Below are positions 47,822-60,990 of a stretch of 64,000 nucleotides of DNA, one piece after another; within the stretch, counting starts at the first letter, position 1; each line of letters begins with the position of its first letter. Both the position numbers and the translations under genes were made by a program. This stretch comes from Mobula hypostoma (lineage: Eukaryota). The notes beneath the pieces were generated by a model. The model did not search any database. It saw only the letters and a list, made by a program, of their open reading frames with translations, and was not told the origin of the DNA. Location of the stretch: contig NC_086107.1 of the NCBI RefSeq assembly GCF_963921235.1, positions 99,326,001 through 99,390,000 of the forward strand, read 5' to 3'.

Positions 47822-48737
47822 AACACACATCAAAGTTGCTGGTGAACGCAGCAGGCCAGGCAGCATCTCTAGGAAGAGGTACAGTCGACATTTCGGACTG
47901 AGACCCTTTGTCAGGACTAACTGAAGGAAGAGCTAGTAAGAGGTTTGAAAGTGGGAGGGGGAGGGGGAGATCCGAAATGATAGGAGAAGACAGGAGGGGG
48001 AGGGATGAAGCCAAGAGCTGGACAGGTGACTGGCAAAAGGGATACAGGGCTGGAGAAGGGAGAGGATCATGGGATGGGAGGCCTAGGGAGAAAGAAAGGG
48101 GGAAGGGAGCACCAGAGGAAGATGGAGTGCAGGCAAGGAGTTATTGTGAGAGGGACACAGAGAGAAAAAGAGGAAAAAAAGAGAAAAAAATAATAACTAA
48201 ATAAAGGATGGGGTAAGAAGGGGGAGGGGCATTAACAGAAGTTAGAGAAATCAGTGTTCATGCCATCAGTTTGGAAGTATTCCGTCTGGGTAGCCTCTAG
48301 CCTGATGGCATGAACATTGATTTCTCTAACTTCTGTTAATGCCCCTCCTCCCCTTTTTACCCCATCCATTATTTATTATTTTTTTCCTTTTTTCTCTTTT
48401 TTTTCTCTCTCTGTCCCTCTCACAATTACTCCTTGCCTGCTCTCCATCTTCCTCTGGTGCTCTCTCCCCCCTTTCTCCCTAGGCCTCCCGTCCCATGATC
48501 CTCTCCCTTCTCCAGCCTTGTATCCCTTTTGCCAGTCAACTTTCCAGCTCTTAGCTCTATCCCTCCCCCTCCCACTTTCAAATCTCTTACTATCTCTTCT
48601 TTCAGTTAGTTCTGACGAAGGGTCTCGGCCTGAAATGTTGACTGCACCTCTTCCTAGAGATGCTGCCTGGCCTGCTGCGTTCACCAGCAACTTTGATGTG
48701 TGTTACTTGAAATTCCAGCATCTGCAGAATTCCTCGT
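47822..48737. mobile_element. ~0.9 kb Penelope fold-back insertion with 15-bp TSD
   Basis: Two ~450-bp inverted arms meeting at ~48275; GAAAGGTATTCTCTT at 47807-47821 and 48738-48752. Confidence 0.9.
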
Positions 48738-49939
48738 GAAAGGTATTCTCTTGTTATGTTTTCCAAATGGTTCACAGTGGGAGTTTCGAGGAGGAGGAGG
48801 ACAGATCAGAAAATTCCTCACAGACGGAGATATGAAGAATGCGTAAGTCCCTCAGTGTAGGTCTGTTTGGCAGAGCCGTCACACGTGGGCCAGCACCCCC
48901 AGAACACCCTGTCCTCTTCCTCACAGTTTCAGATAACAGTGAATGAGAAAATGTGGACCACCGAAGAACTCTGCCCGAGCTGACAAAAATCTGTCCACGC
49001 CGGCGAGATAAACAAACTGCAGGCACTGCGTCCTTGACTGCAGTTTTGTTCTGAGAGGCTGGAGCTGCCCAGCCCTTGCAGGAATATCCCTGACAGGTTT
49101 GCGCTGCCTCACGCACACAGCCATCCACATGCGGGAGTTGGGGAGGGGTTTAGTGGGGGGGGGCTGATAGGCAAGAGGAGGCACGCTGGGTGTCGGACAC
49201 CCATGTGGCTCAGTGTTGTGTGTGTGAGACAAATAGGATTTGATTAACGAGGCAACGACAGCTGTAATGAGATAACAAACAGAGAGCTGTCTGCACCGAT
49301 GCCAGGGTTCTCGGAGTCGAGTAACGGGGGGGGGGGGTAATAAATGGGGCTGGAAACCGACTAAAGAGACGGTCATGGCAATAGGAATGCTGGGATACAT
49401 GAAAGGAGCAGGCAGCAAGCAGAGCTGGAACGCGATTGGGTAAGGACAGCCAGGCTCTGTCGGGGAACGACAGTGCGCAGAGTGAAAAGTGACAATGAGT
49501 CTGCCTAGGCCACATCTGGAGTGTTGCACACAATTCTGGTCGCCAAAGTACGGGAAGGATGTGGAGGCTTTGGGGAGGGTGCAGAAGAGGTTTACCAGGA
49601 TGCTGTCTGGTTTAGAGGGCGTGTGCGATCACGCGAGGCTGGACAAACTTGGGTTGTTTTCTCTGGAGCGCCGGAGGCTGAGGGGAAATCAGATAGAGAT
49701 TTATAAGATTATGAGAGGCATAGATGGAGTGGACAGACAGTATCTGTTTCCCAGGGTTGAAATGTCTAATACCAGAGGGCATGTATTGAAGGTTCGAGGG
49801 GGATGTGAGGGGTAAGTTTTTTACTCAGAGAGTGGTGGATGATGGCAGAGGCAAATCCGTTAGAGACTTTTAAGAGACATTTGGATAGACACATGGATGT
49901 GAGGAAGATGGAGGGATATGCACATGGTGTAGGTAGAAA

Positions 49940-52900
49940 TAAATCTAAGATAGTGAGCAGTAAAGATGTCAGGAAAGACAGGCAGGTGATGGGGCAAATG
50001 TGTAGCCATTGGGATGAGTTGCAGTGCAATAAAGTTGCAGTGAAATCAAAGCAAAAAGTATCCAATACTGGTCTTAAGGTGTTGTACTTAAATGCACGCA
50101 GTATAAGAAATAAGGTGGATGATCTTGTTGTACAGCTACAGATTGGCAGGTATGATATTGTGGCCATCACTGAGACGTGGCTAAAGGATGCATGTCTCTG
50201 GGAGCTGAACGTCCAAGGATACACGGTGTATTGGAAGGATAGGAAGGTAGGCAGAGGGGGAGGCGTGGCTTTATTGGTAAGAAATGATATTAAATCATTA
50301 GAAAGAGGTGATATAGGATCGGAAGGTGCAGAATCTTTATGGGTTGAGCTAAGGAATAGCAGGGGTAAAAGAACCCTGATGGCAGTTATTTATAGGCCTC
50401 CAAACAGCTGCAGGGATGTGGACTACAAATTACAACTGGAAATAGAAAAGGCTTGTCAGAAGGGCAGTGTTATGATAATTGTGGGGGATTTTAACATGCA
50501 AGTAGATTGGAAAAATCAGGTCGGCACTGGATCTCAAGAGAGAGAATTTGTAGAATGTCTGCGAGATGGCTTTTTAGAACAGCTTGTTGTTGAGCCCACT
50601 AGGGGGTCGGCTGTACTGGATTGGGTATTGTGTAATGAACTGGAGGTGATTGGAGAGATTGAGGTGAAGGAACCCTTAGGAGGCAGTGATCATAACATGA
50701 TTGAGTTCACTGTGAAATTAGAAAAAGAGAAGCCGAAATCTGATGTGTCGGTGTTTCAGTGGAGTAAAGGAAATTACAGTGGCATGAGAGAGGAACTGGC
50801 CAAAGTTGACTGGAAAGAGACACTGGCAGGAAAGACGGCAGAGCAGCAGTGGCTGGTTTATGCAAGAAATGAGGAATGTGCAAGACAGGTATATTCCAAA
50901 AAAGAAGAAATTTTCAAGTGGAAAAAGGATGCAACCGTGGTTGACAAGAGAAGTCAAAGCCAAAGTTAAAGCAAAGGAGAGGGCATACAAGGAAGCAAAA
51001 ATTAGTGGGAAGACAGAGGATTGGGAAGTTTTTAAAACCTTACAAAAGGAAACCAAGAAGGTCATTAAGAGAGAAAAGATTAACTATTAAAGGAAACTAG
51101 CAAATAATATCGAAGAGGATACTAAAAGCTTTTTCAAGTATATAAAGAGTAAAAGACAGGTGAGAGTAGATATAGGACCGATAGAAAATGATACTGGAGA
51201 AATTGTAGTGGGAGATGAGGAGATGACAGAGGAACTGAACAAGTATTTTGCATCAGTCTTCACTGAGGAAGACAGCAGGATACCAGACACTCAAGGGTGG
51301 CAGGGAAGAGAAGTGTGCGCAGCCACAATTACGACAGGGAAAGTACTCAGGAAGCTGAATAGGCTAAAGGTCGATAAATCTCCTGGACCAGATGGAATGC
51401 ACCCTCGTGTTCTGAAGGAAGTAGCTGTGGAGATTGCGGAGGCATTAGCGATGATCTTTCAGAAGTCGATAGATTCTGGCATGGTTCCAGAAGACTGGAA
51501 GATTGCAAATGTCACTCCGCTATTTAAGAAGGGGGCAAGGAAGCAAAAAGGAAATTATAGACCTGTTAGCTTGACGTCGGTGGTTGGGAAGTTGTTGGAG
51601 TCGATTGTCAAGGATGAGGTTACAGAGTACCTGGAGGCATATGACAAGATAGGCAGAACTCAGCATGGATTCCTTAAAGGAAAATCCTGCCTGACAAACC
51701 TATCACAATTTTTTGAGGAAATTACCAGTAGGCTAGACAAGGGAGATGCAGTGGATGTTGTATATTTGGATTTTCAGAAGGCCTTTGACAAGGTGCCACA
51801 CATGAGGCTGCTTAACAAGATAAGAGCCCATGGAATTACAGGAAAGTTACATACGTGGATAGAGCGTTGGCTGATTGGCAGGAAACAGAGACTGGGAATA
51901 AAGGGATCCTATTCTGGTTGGCTGGTTACCAGTGGTGTTCCGCAGGGATCAGTGTTGGGGCCACTTCTTTTTACATTGTACATCAACGATTTGGATTATG
52001 GAATAGAGGGCTTTGTGGCTAAGTTTGCTGACGATACGAAGATAGGTGGAGGGGCCAGTAGTGCTGAGGAAACAGAGAGTCTGCAGAGAGACTTGGATAG
52101 ATTGGAAGAATGGGCAGAGAAGTGGCAAATGAAGTACAATGTTGGAAAGTGTATGGTTATGCACTTTGGCAGAAAAAATAAACGGGCAGACTATTATTTA
52201 AATGAGGAAAGAATTCAAAGTTCTGAGATGCAACGGGACTTGGGAGTCCTCGTACAGGATTCCCTTAAAGTTAACCTCCAGGTTGAGTCGGTAGTGAAGA
52301 AGGCGAATGTAATGTTGGCATTCATTTCTAGAGGAATAGAGTATAGGAGCAGGGATGTGATGTTGACGCTCTATAAGGCGTTGGTGAGACCTCACTTGGA
52401 GTACTGTGGGCAGTTTTGGTTCCTTATTTAAGAAAGAATGTGCTGACATTTGAGAGGGTACAGAGAAGATTCACTAGAATGATTCCGGGAATGAGAGGGT
52501 TAACATATGAGGAACGTTTGTCCACTCTTGGACTGTATTCCTTGGAGTTTAGAAGAATGAGGGGAGACCTCATAGAAATATTTTGAATGTTAAAATCATG
52601 GACAGAGTGGATGTGGCAAAGTTGTTTCCCATGATGGGGGAGTCTAGTACGAGAAGGCATGACTTCAGGATTGAAGGGCGCCCTTTCAGAGCAGAAATGC
52701 GAAAAAATTTTTTAGTCAGAGGGTGGTGAATCTATGGAATTTGTTGCCACGGGCAGCAGTGGAGGCCAAGTCATTGGGTGTCTTTAAGGCAGAGATTGAT
52801 AGGTATCTGAGTAGCCAGGGCATCAAAGGTTATGGTGAGAAGGCGGGGCAGTGGGACTAAATAAGATAAAATGGATCAGCTCATGATAAAATGGCGGAGC

Positions 52901-52960
52901 AGACTCGATGGGCCGAATGGCCTACTTCTGCTCCTTTGTCTTATGGTCTTATGGTCTTAT
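49940..52960 (+). mobile_element. CR1 LINE, near-complete ORF2 (APE + RT) with several frameshifts/stops
   Basis: ORFs 49839-50969 (NARSIRNK, SDHN), 50806-51090 and 51160-52431 (FADDTK); (TCTTATGG)n tail at ~52939-52960. Confidence 0.93.
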
Positions 52961-54488
52961 GAATTAGTGTTTTCAGTGTTTTTGATTTGCTTTTCAGCTG
53001 GTCCAGCACAGCACTGTGGGCTGAATGGCCTGTTCCTGTGCTATACTGTTCTATGTTCGATACAAAGCAATTAGATACCAAACTATCTCATCTGAAATAA
53101 AAACGGCTAACCCTTCCAAGCTAAACGCAACATCTACCCCTCCTCAAACCCAGCCCCTCCACCTTGTCAAACTAAACCGTCTCACTAACCCCACCCCCCT
53201 CCTCACTCTTCCATCCCCAACATCAACCCCCACCACAACCACCACCTCCCCTGGCAACTCATTCTCAATATTCACCACCCTCTGTGTGGAAAACATGCCC
53301 CTCCAGTTTCTCCCCTCTCACCTTCAGCCTGTGCCCTCTAGTTTTGGCTTCCCCTGTGCTGGGAAAAAGTCTCTAACTCTTTAAGCTGTCCACGGCCCTC
53401 ATAATTTTATAAACCTCCAGAAGGTCACCGCCCAGCCTCCTTCTTCGCAGTGAGAACAAACCCAGACGATCCAACCTTTCCTGGTAATGCTCTGGAGAAT
53501 CTCTTCTGCACTCTCTTTATCGCTACCACGTCCATTCTGTGATGTGGCGACAAGAACTATACACAATACTCTAAGTACAATCTAATTATTGTTTAGTACA
53601 GCTTCTTTTGGACGTCCCAACTTGCGCGCTCACAGACATTGACCGTGTGCAGTGGGAGGCTGTTAGCGATGAGACAGAGCGAGTGGGTCAGCGAAGCAGG
53701 GCAGCGCGGCCGGAGAAAGGGATGGCGCTGGCTACGCTCCTCAGCCAAGGGGTACCTGAGACGAGAGGCCATCCAGAGCACCCTAGGGCCAGGAAGCCTG
53801 GATCAGCACCCAGTGCAGTGCAACCCCAGGGAAGTGGGTGAGCAAGCTCGGGACAAAAACCAGGAGACAGTTTCCAAGTCAAGTACGTTCATTATCAAAG
53901 AATGTATAAACTATGCAACCTTTGATTCGCTCAAGCAGGAACTGCCAGGCAGCACTGGCTCCTGCCCTACAGAGTGGCTCAACCCCTGGGAAGGAGGGGG
54001 TCAGGACCCGGAGCCCTGGTCTGTGGGGTGGGTGCACCAGTAGCCCAGGGTGGGACTGAGCAACCAACCACGATGGGGGGGGGGGGACCTCTGATCTCCT
54101 TCTCCCACCACAGTGCATTTAAAGACCAAGTGATTAAACTCATTTAAAAGGCCAATCGAAAGCCTTTGGAATGAAATGCATGTAGCCTGGCAGAAAGGAG
54201 AATACCAGAGACGGGTGTGAGCGGGGGGCGGGGGGGGGGGGTTGGGATGTGATCCCATCTCGGAGACATGTCTCCGGGGAGACCAGAGGTTGGGAGATGG
54301 TCCACTGATATACTCACGCGTCAGGAAGGGCAATGAGGTGGGATGGGATGGGTGGTATCATTGTTGTGATGCAGCAAGGAAGCACGATGTATAATCAGTG
54401 TGGGTGAAGTGAAGGGGAGCCGAGGGACAGGAGGGTTGTCTGCAGGTTGTGTTGGGGGAGCAGGTCAAACTGGAAATCTTCAGATGGA

Positions 54489-54556
54489 CAGTACTGTGCA
54501 AAAAGTCTTAGGCACATATTTACAGCCAGGGAGGCTAAGACCTTCGCACGGTACTG
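54489..54556. mobile_element. 68-bp Tc1-type MITE
   Basis: CAGTACTGTGCAAAAAGTCTTAGG ... GCTAAGACCTTCGCACGGTACTG imperfect terminal inverted repeats followed by TA. Confidence 0.6.
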
Positions 54557-54799
54557 TAGTTTTCGATGTGGAGCAGAGAGCCAGTTTGTAAACCTGGTGG
54601 GAACAAAGGGTGTTGGGAATGGTGAGGGTGGAGTGCCACGGGAGGGGTGGCAGAGAAGGACTGGCTGGAGGGGGGTGTGGCATGGGTGCAGACACACCCA
54701 GTCCTGAGACACCAGGCAAGGTCATCAGGTTACAAACAACTGGCTTATTGATTATTACAGAATGTCTCTCTGGTGCTTCCCACTCCCTCTCTCCCCCTT

Positions 54800-55335
54800 T
54801 CTGTAGATGTACCATGGAGAATATCACTGTCTGGTATGGAGGGGCTACTGCACAGGACCAAAAGTAGCTGCAGAGGGTTGTAAATCTAGTCAGCTCCATT
54901 TGGGGTACTAGCCTACAAAGTATCCAGGACATCTTTAGGGAGCAGTGTCTCAGAAAGGCAGCGTCCACTATTAAGGACCTCCAGCACCCAGGGCATGCCC
55001 TTTTCTTACTGTTATCATCAGGTAGGAGGTACAGAAGCCTGAAGGAACACACTCAGCGATTCAGGAACAGCCTCTTCCCCTCTGCCATCCGATTCCTAAA
55101 TGGACTTTGAATCTATGAACACTACCTCACATTTTTAATATATATTATTTGTTTTTTGCATGATTTTTAATCTATTCAATATACGTATACTCTAATTGAT
55201 TTACTTATTTATTATTATTATTTTATTTTGTTTTCTTTTTCTCCTATATTACATATTGCATTGAACTGCTGCTGCTAAGTTAACAAATTTCACAACACAT
55301 GCCGGTGATAATAAACCTGATTCTGATTCTGATCC
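54800..55335 (+). mobile_element. Rex1/Babar LINE 3' end
   Basis: Homologous to 18900-19636; ends AATAAACCTGATTCTGATTCTG. Confidence 0.8.
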
Positions 55336-58080
55336 GATTCCCTTTTCCCAACCGTGATTCTCCTCTCCCTGCCCCCTTCCCACTCTCAGTCCACAATAGG
55401 GACCCATATCAGAATCAGGTTTATCATCACTCACATATGTCATGAAATTTGTTGTTTTTCTTTCTCATTGCATATACACATCACTCTTGGCATGGAAAAG
55501 TTGCCCGTTTGGTCCCTTTTAAATCCCTTCTCACCTTGAGAGTGACCACATAGAAGGCTTATAGAATGCTTGCTTTTATTGGTTGAGACATTTAAGTTCA
55601 AAAGCCAAAAGGTTATGTTGCAACTTTATAAGACTCTGGAGTACTGCACACAGTACTGGTCGTCCCATTATAAGAAGGATCTTGAGGCTTTGGAGATGTT
55701 GTCTGTTTGGAGGGCAGATGCTATCATGAGAGGCTGGATAAACTTGGGTTGTTTTCTCCGGAGTGTCGGAGGCTAAGGGGAGATCTGATAGAGGTTTACA
55801 AGATTATGAGAGGCATGGATAGAGTGGACAGAGAGTATCTGTTTCCCAGCGTTGAAATGTCTAATACCAGAGGGCATGCATTGAAGCCGGTCCAGTACAG
55901 CACTGTGGGCCGAATGGCCTGTTCCTGAGCTGTACTGTTCTATGTTCTAAACCTCTGCCCTCTATTTTTAGACTGTCATACCCTGGGGAAAGGACTGTTA
56001 TCCCCCACCTTATCTATGCCTCTCATAATTTTACACACTTCTATAAAGTCACTTCTCACTCTCCAACATTCCAGGGCATAAAGACCTAATCTGGCTCTCT
56101 AGTCTTTTTAACAACCTCATAAACATTCTCAGCACACTTTCCAGTCCACATCAATGGGATTAGACAGTCATCCACATTGCCTGGAAGGGAAACCATGCTT
56201 GATAAATTACTGAGCTTTTCAGCAACACACACAAAATGCCGGAGGAACTCAGCAGGCCAGGCTGCATCTGTGGAAAAGTGTTAACAGTCAACGCTTTGGG
56301 ACCCTTCTTCTGGACTGGAAAGGAAGTAAGGAGAAGTCAGAGTAAGAAGGTGGGGGTGGGGAGGAAGAAGTACAAGGGGGCAAGTGATATGGGAAACTGG
56401 GAGAGGGGGAAGGGGTGAAGCACTCTTTTCCATAGATGCTGCCTGGCCTGCTGAGTTCCTCCAGCATTTTGTGGGTTGCTTTGGATATCCAGCATCGGCA
56501 GATTTTCTCATGAATTTTACGGAGATTTTGAAACAGAATGTTGCAGTGAAGTCCCACATAAACAACTAGGATTTAAAATTCAAATGCCTGGGTAATAATA
56601 TCCTCACTGAGAATTGGCAGACATTAGGAAAAGGAGCACAGGAGGAGGGACTAATTCAGAATGGCAGGTAACAATTAGTGGGAGACTGCAGAGATTAGCC
56701 TTCATTAAATGATCTGGATGAGGGAACCCTCACCAAGAGTAGGAGATGCAAGGCCAGTTACGTGAAAGAGTTAGTTCGTGCTGCTTCCTCCCATCAGTGT
56801 TGCCCTCCAGTGAAAGATGAGTTGGATTGTGTTCACCGGCAGCTACACCAACCATACACTCAGGGACTTGGTCTGTATATACATATATATCTGTGAGACT
56901 TTTTTTTCCTGCTATTGTAACTGTACGTACTTTGTGCTGGGTGTGACTGTTGGTACTGTGTTTTGTACCTTGACCCTGGAGAAACGCCATTTCAATTCAC
57001 CGCATTCATGCGCATGGTTGAACCTCGAACTTGAAATGAAATATCTCGAAGTTGGTCTACAGTGTTAAACCGGGTGGGGTTCTGGATTGTGACAGGAATA
57101 CAGACAGACTGCGCAAGTGGGTGAATACGTGGCAGACACAAGCCAACACGGAACAACCTGAAAAACATTAGTAGGGAACCTGGGAGCCGGTGTATTATTG
57201 AAATGGTGTTAGATTGGGAGGCGTCGATGCACAAAGAAGCTTCTTGCACTCCAGTCACCGAGGACAAACAGAATGTCAAGGCAGCAGATAATGTGCTGGC
57301 TTCATAGCAAGAAGACTGCAGTACCAGAGATGTTCCAACACAGTTATACCAGACCTTGTGAGACCTCACCGAGTGGGTTTGGCTTCCTTGTCCAAGAATG
57401 GATATTCAATAAAGATCCAATTATCCAGCCTGTGTGGGACTTTGGAGCTGCTGGACAGCAAGATTATGTGGACTATTCTCTCAGACTCCTTCAGTACACC
57501 AATAAGCTTTTCACTTTTTTTTCCAACTTTATGCAACAGTATAATAAGTTTTGCAGAGAACCTGAGGTTGCAGGGAGTGTGGGTCATAGAGTCAGCTGAG
57601 CCTATGACTGAGTTTCTGATCAGACTCTCTATTGATAGAACGCCTCATTGCCAGAACATACCAACATAGGTGTGTGTGGGTGAGGTTTGTTCCTGAGGTG
57701 TGCTGTGTTGGGTCCACGACACTCCACTATTTCTTGCAGTCAAGTGCTGAGCCGTAGCCATACCAAACTGTGATGCATCTGCACAGGATGCTTTCTATGG
57801 TGCATCAAATCAAATTGGTGAGGGTCAAATCGGACATATCTAATTACTTTAGCCTCCTTAGGAAGCAGTGGCGTTGGGTGAGTTTTCTTAGCTGTGGGTT
57901 TGATGTGATTGGACCAGGTCAGGCTATTGGTGATGATCTCTCCCAGAAACTTCAAGGTGTCAACCCCAACACCGGTGATGAAGACAGCAGTTGAGTGGTG
58001 TCAGCACTGCGGGTGGGACTGAGCTCAAATACAGACACAGTGTTGGTCAAATGACTTCAACTCTCTTGCCACATTCACTT

Positions 58081-58311
58081 CACAAACAAGAGAGATTCTG
58101 CAGATGCTGGAAATCCAAGCAACACACACACACACACACACACACAAAATGCGTATGGGATTTCAGGCAGCATCCGTGGAAAAAAGTACAGTCGACGTTA
58201 TAGGCCGAGACCCTTCGGCGATCCTGGATCTCGGCCCGAGACGTCGACTGTACTTTCCCCACCCCATAGCTGCTGCCTGGCCCCCTGAGTTCCTCCAGCA
58301 TTTTGTGCGTG
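58081..58311. mobile_element. Penelope-derived fold-back mini-element with 15-bp TSD (similar elements at ~33410-33615 and ~56222-56512)
   Basis: Inverted arms; TTGCCACATTCACTT at 58066-58080 and 58312-58326. Confidence 0.85.
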
Positions 58312-58914
58312 TTGCCACATTCACTTGTTCGGATTCCAGCCCCAGAGTTCACTGAGAATACAACAAAAAGGCTTCAGATCAGCTGTCTCGCAAGATCCAA
58401 GGCTTCAAGAGAAAATCGGGCGAGTCAGTCCACGAAACAAAAGGGCGTGCTTCCACAGGCTGGATCACAGGTAAGTCTTTTTCACAGTACCGACACAGGC
58501 AAGTAATTCCACAGTGAATGGCCTAACTCCAGCAGCAGGGCGAGTATCAAGACACAGCCACCAGCCTGAAACACCCCTCAAGCGGTCTCAGGTGTGTCTC
58601 GTAATCCATTTGCGGATCCTCCCGGTGATCAGGGTGAGGACCTCCGCCCGGACAGATGACATCATTTGCTCTGGGAGGTGTCAGCGCCGCCTGCTGGGCG
58701 CTTGAGGTGTTACAGCCGGGGAATGCGGCAGCAATTGGCGTGGACAGACAGAGATGGGAAGGTGGGATTCCAGGTGCCGCTGCTGGACACGGAGGGGCTG
58801 AGTCAGGTGGGGAAGCGCCCCAGACCGTGAAAGGGTGTATCACCCCAGAAGGACACGAGTGGTACTGGTGCTATGGTTTCAATACGGTGTTAACACTACA
58901 GAAGGTATTGACCT

Positions 58915-59860
58915 TAGGACACTAAGAATGTAAATTTATTTGCATTTTGTGTTTTTTTTACCAGGAATAAAGTTTAATTTTGAAATTAAACGATATGGGA
59001 GCAACACTCACGGAACTGCAGAGCATACACAGGTCATCTCTTGCTGCATGTGTTGATTATCTTAAAAACATAGGCTATGGCCTTTAATTTTACCAAGGAA
59101 AAAAAATCTGGATTTGCTTAGCACTGTAGTGCAAGGCTGTTCATTAGGTGTGTCGAAAATCAAACATACAAAAATTGGTGAAAATAGTGGAAAAAATGTA
59201 AATATTTACAAAACGGTATCGACAAGAAAACACGATAATTAGTCCATACTTGTTCCTGTCCAGTGTGGGCTCCTGGCAGTCCCCACCCCTCTCCCATACT
59301 GAGGGAGTCCACAAATGGGAGGAAAGTGCCCAACAATTCCCTCGACCGGACGACTCTCTCTGAGTGTGGCTGGCCTGACCTGCGTTCAGAGCCAGAAAGC
59401 ACAAGCACCAAGTGCGAGCCTGTGCTGGGGTCTACCTGCCCCCAGTGCCGTGCGGGTTGGATCCAGCTTTCACCATTTGCCGTACTTCCTTCCCCTCGTA
59501 GAATACTTCACCAGAACAACATCGTCGATCACGGGCGGCGACAGCACCGCGGATCCTGCGAGATTGTTTCCCAAGTAGGCCGCAAAAGTCAATTGACAGA
59601 ACACCTCATCACCAGATCTTTCCCAACAAGCAGCGAGACCTCGCTTGGCTGGCGGAGAGAGGGTACGGTTGGAGTCTCACTCCCGTTACCCACTGCCCTC
59701 AAGACGGCTGCAGTGAGGACAAAGCCGTCTCCCATCTCCCCAGTCGATGGGTGGAAGGGGGCGGAGGGTCCTCTGTCGAGATTCACCGGGGTAGTAGTGA
59801 TACAGAGCGCTCTGCCGTCCAAGGGCGTCTCCCAGGGGTGCACGCCAAGATAGACATCAA
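58915..59860 (-). other. Probable 3' UTR end of a minus-strand gene whose coding exons were not identified
   Basis: Non-repetitive; on the minus strand it has U-rich tracts, TGTAAATA (Pumilio-type), TTGCACT (miR-130-type seed match) and AATAAA at 58940-58935. Confidence 0.4.
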
Positions 59861-60312
59861 CCCTGCAGTGGCATAGCTTAGCTGAGCTGCTTCCGAATGA
59901 CCTCGGAGGCCCGGGTTCAATTCCGAGCTCCTGCGAGCAAATGGATTCCCCCCCCCCCCCCCACATGCTCCAGTTTCCTCCCACTGTGATGATATTGACT
60001 CCATTACCTGCAAGCTCTAAACAGAAGACTTTACATCCTGTCTGATATATAAAACAAAATGTTATTTCAAGAAAGCAGCATCCATCATCAGGGACCCCCA
60101 TCACCCAGGTCTTGCTCTCTTCTCGCTGCTGCCATCAGGAAGAAGGTACAGGAGCCTCAGGGCTCACACCACCAGATTCAGGAACAGTTACTATCAGGCT
60201 CTTGAACCAGAGAGGATAACTTCACTTGCCCCATCATTGAACTGTTCCCACAACCAATAGACTTACTTTTAAGGACTCTTCTTCTCATGTTCTCAATATT
60301 TATTGCTTTTTA

Positions 60313-60990
60313 TTAGATTTGATTAGATTATGAGGATACTTAGTCCTCTTTTATTGTCATTTAGTAATGCATGCATTAAGAAATGATACAATGTTCTTCC
60401 AATATGATATCACAGAAACACAAGACAGACCAAGCTAAAACTGATTTAAAAAACCACATAATTATAACATACAGTTACAACAGTGCAAAGCAATACTGTA
60501 ATTTGATGACGAGCAGACCATGGGCACAGTAAAAAAAAAGTCTCAAAGTCCCGATAGCCCCATCATCTCATGCAGGCGGTAGAAGGAAGAAAAACTCTCC
60601 CTGTCATGAACCTTCAGCGCCACAAACTTGCTGATGCAGCACCCTGGAAGCACCCGACCACAGCCGACTCTCAGTCCATCCGAAAACTTAGAGCCTCCGA
60701 CCAGCCCTCTGACACTGAGCACCATCTCTGCCGAGCGCTTTCACCCCAGCCCTGGCCACCAACCAACAAGCAAAGTCGAGGATTCAGGGCCTTCCCCTCC
60801 GGAGATTTCGGATCACACAGTAGTGGCAGCAGCGAAACAGGCATTTCCGAAGTTTCACTGGATGTTCCTCCATGCTTCTTCACATCCGTCTTCATGAAAT
60901 CAGGATTGTGCACGGCATCCTACTTGACAGGTAACAGATATTCATTCCAGAGTGGCCGCTATGCGCTGCATTGTGCCGCCATCTTCTCTT
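60313..60990 (-). mobile_element. Non-coding retroposon family X, copy 2 (inserted in a Rex1/Babar tail)
   Basis: Homologous to 16483-17050 and 62410-63042; 5' end AGAAGAGAAGATGGCGGC. Confidence 0.75.

Noticed and set aside
57030..57561. Minus-strand exon pair (57561-57370, 192 nt phase 2-2; next acceptor at 57157), plus candidates 42866-42753 and 41659-41624
   Set aside because: Splice sites look plausible but the peptides are unrecognised, cannot be chained into a gene, and the same islands read equally well as + strand exons; left unresolved rather than annotated.
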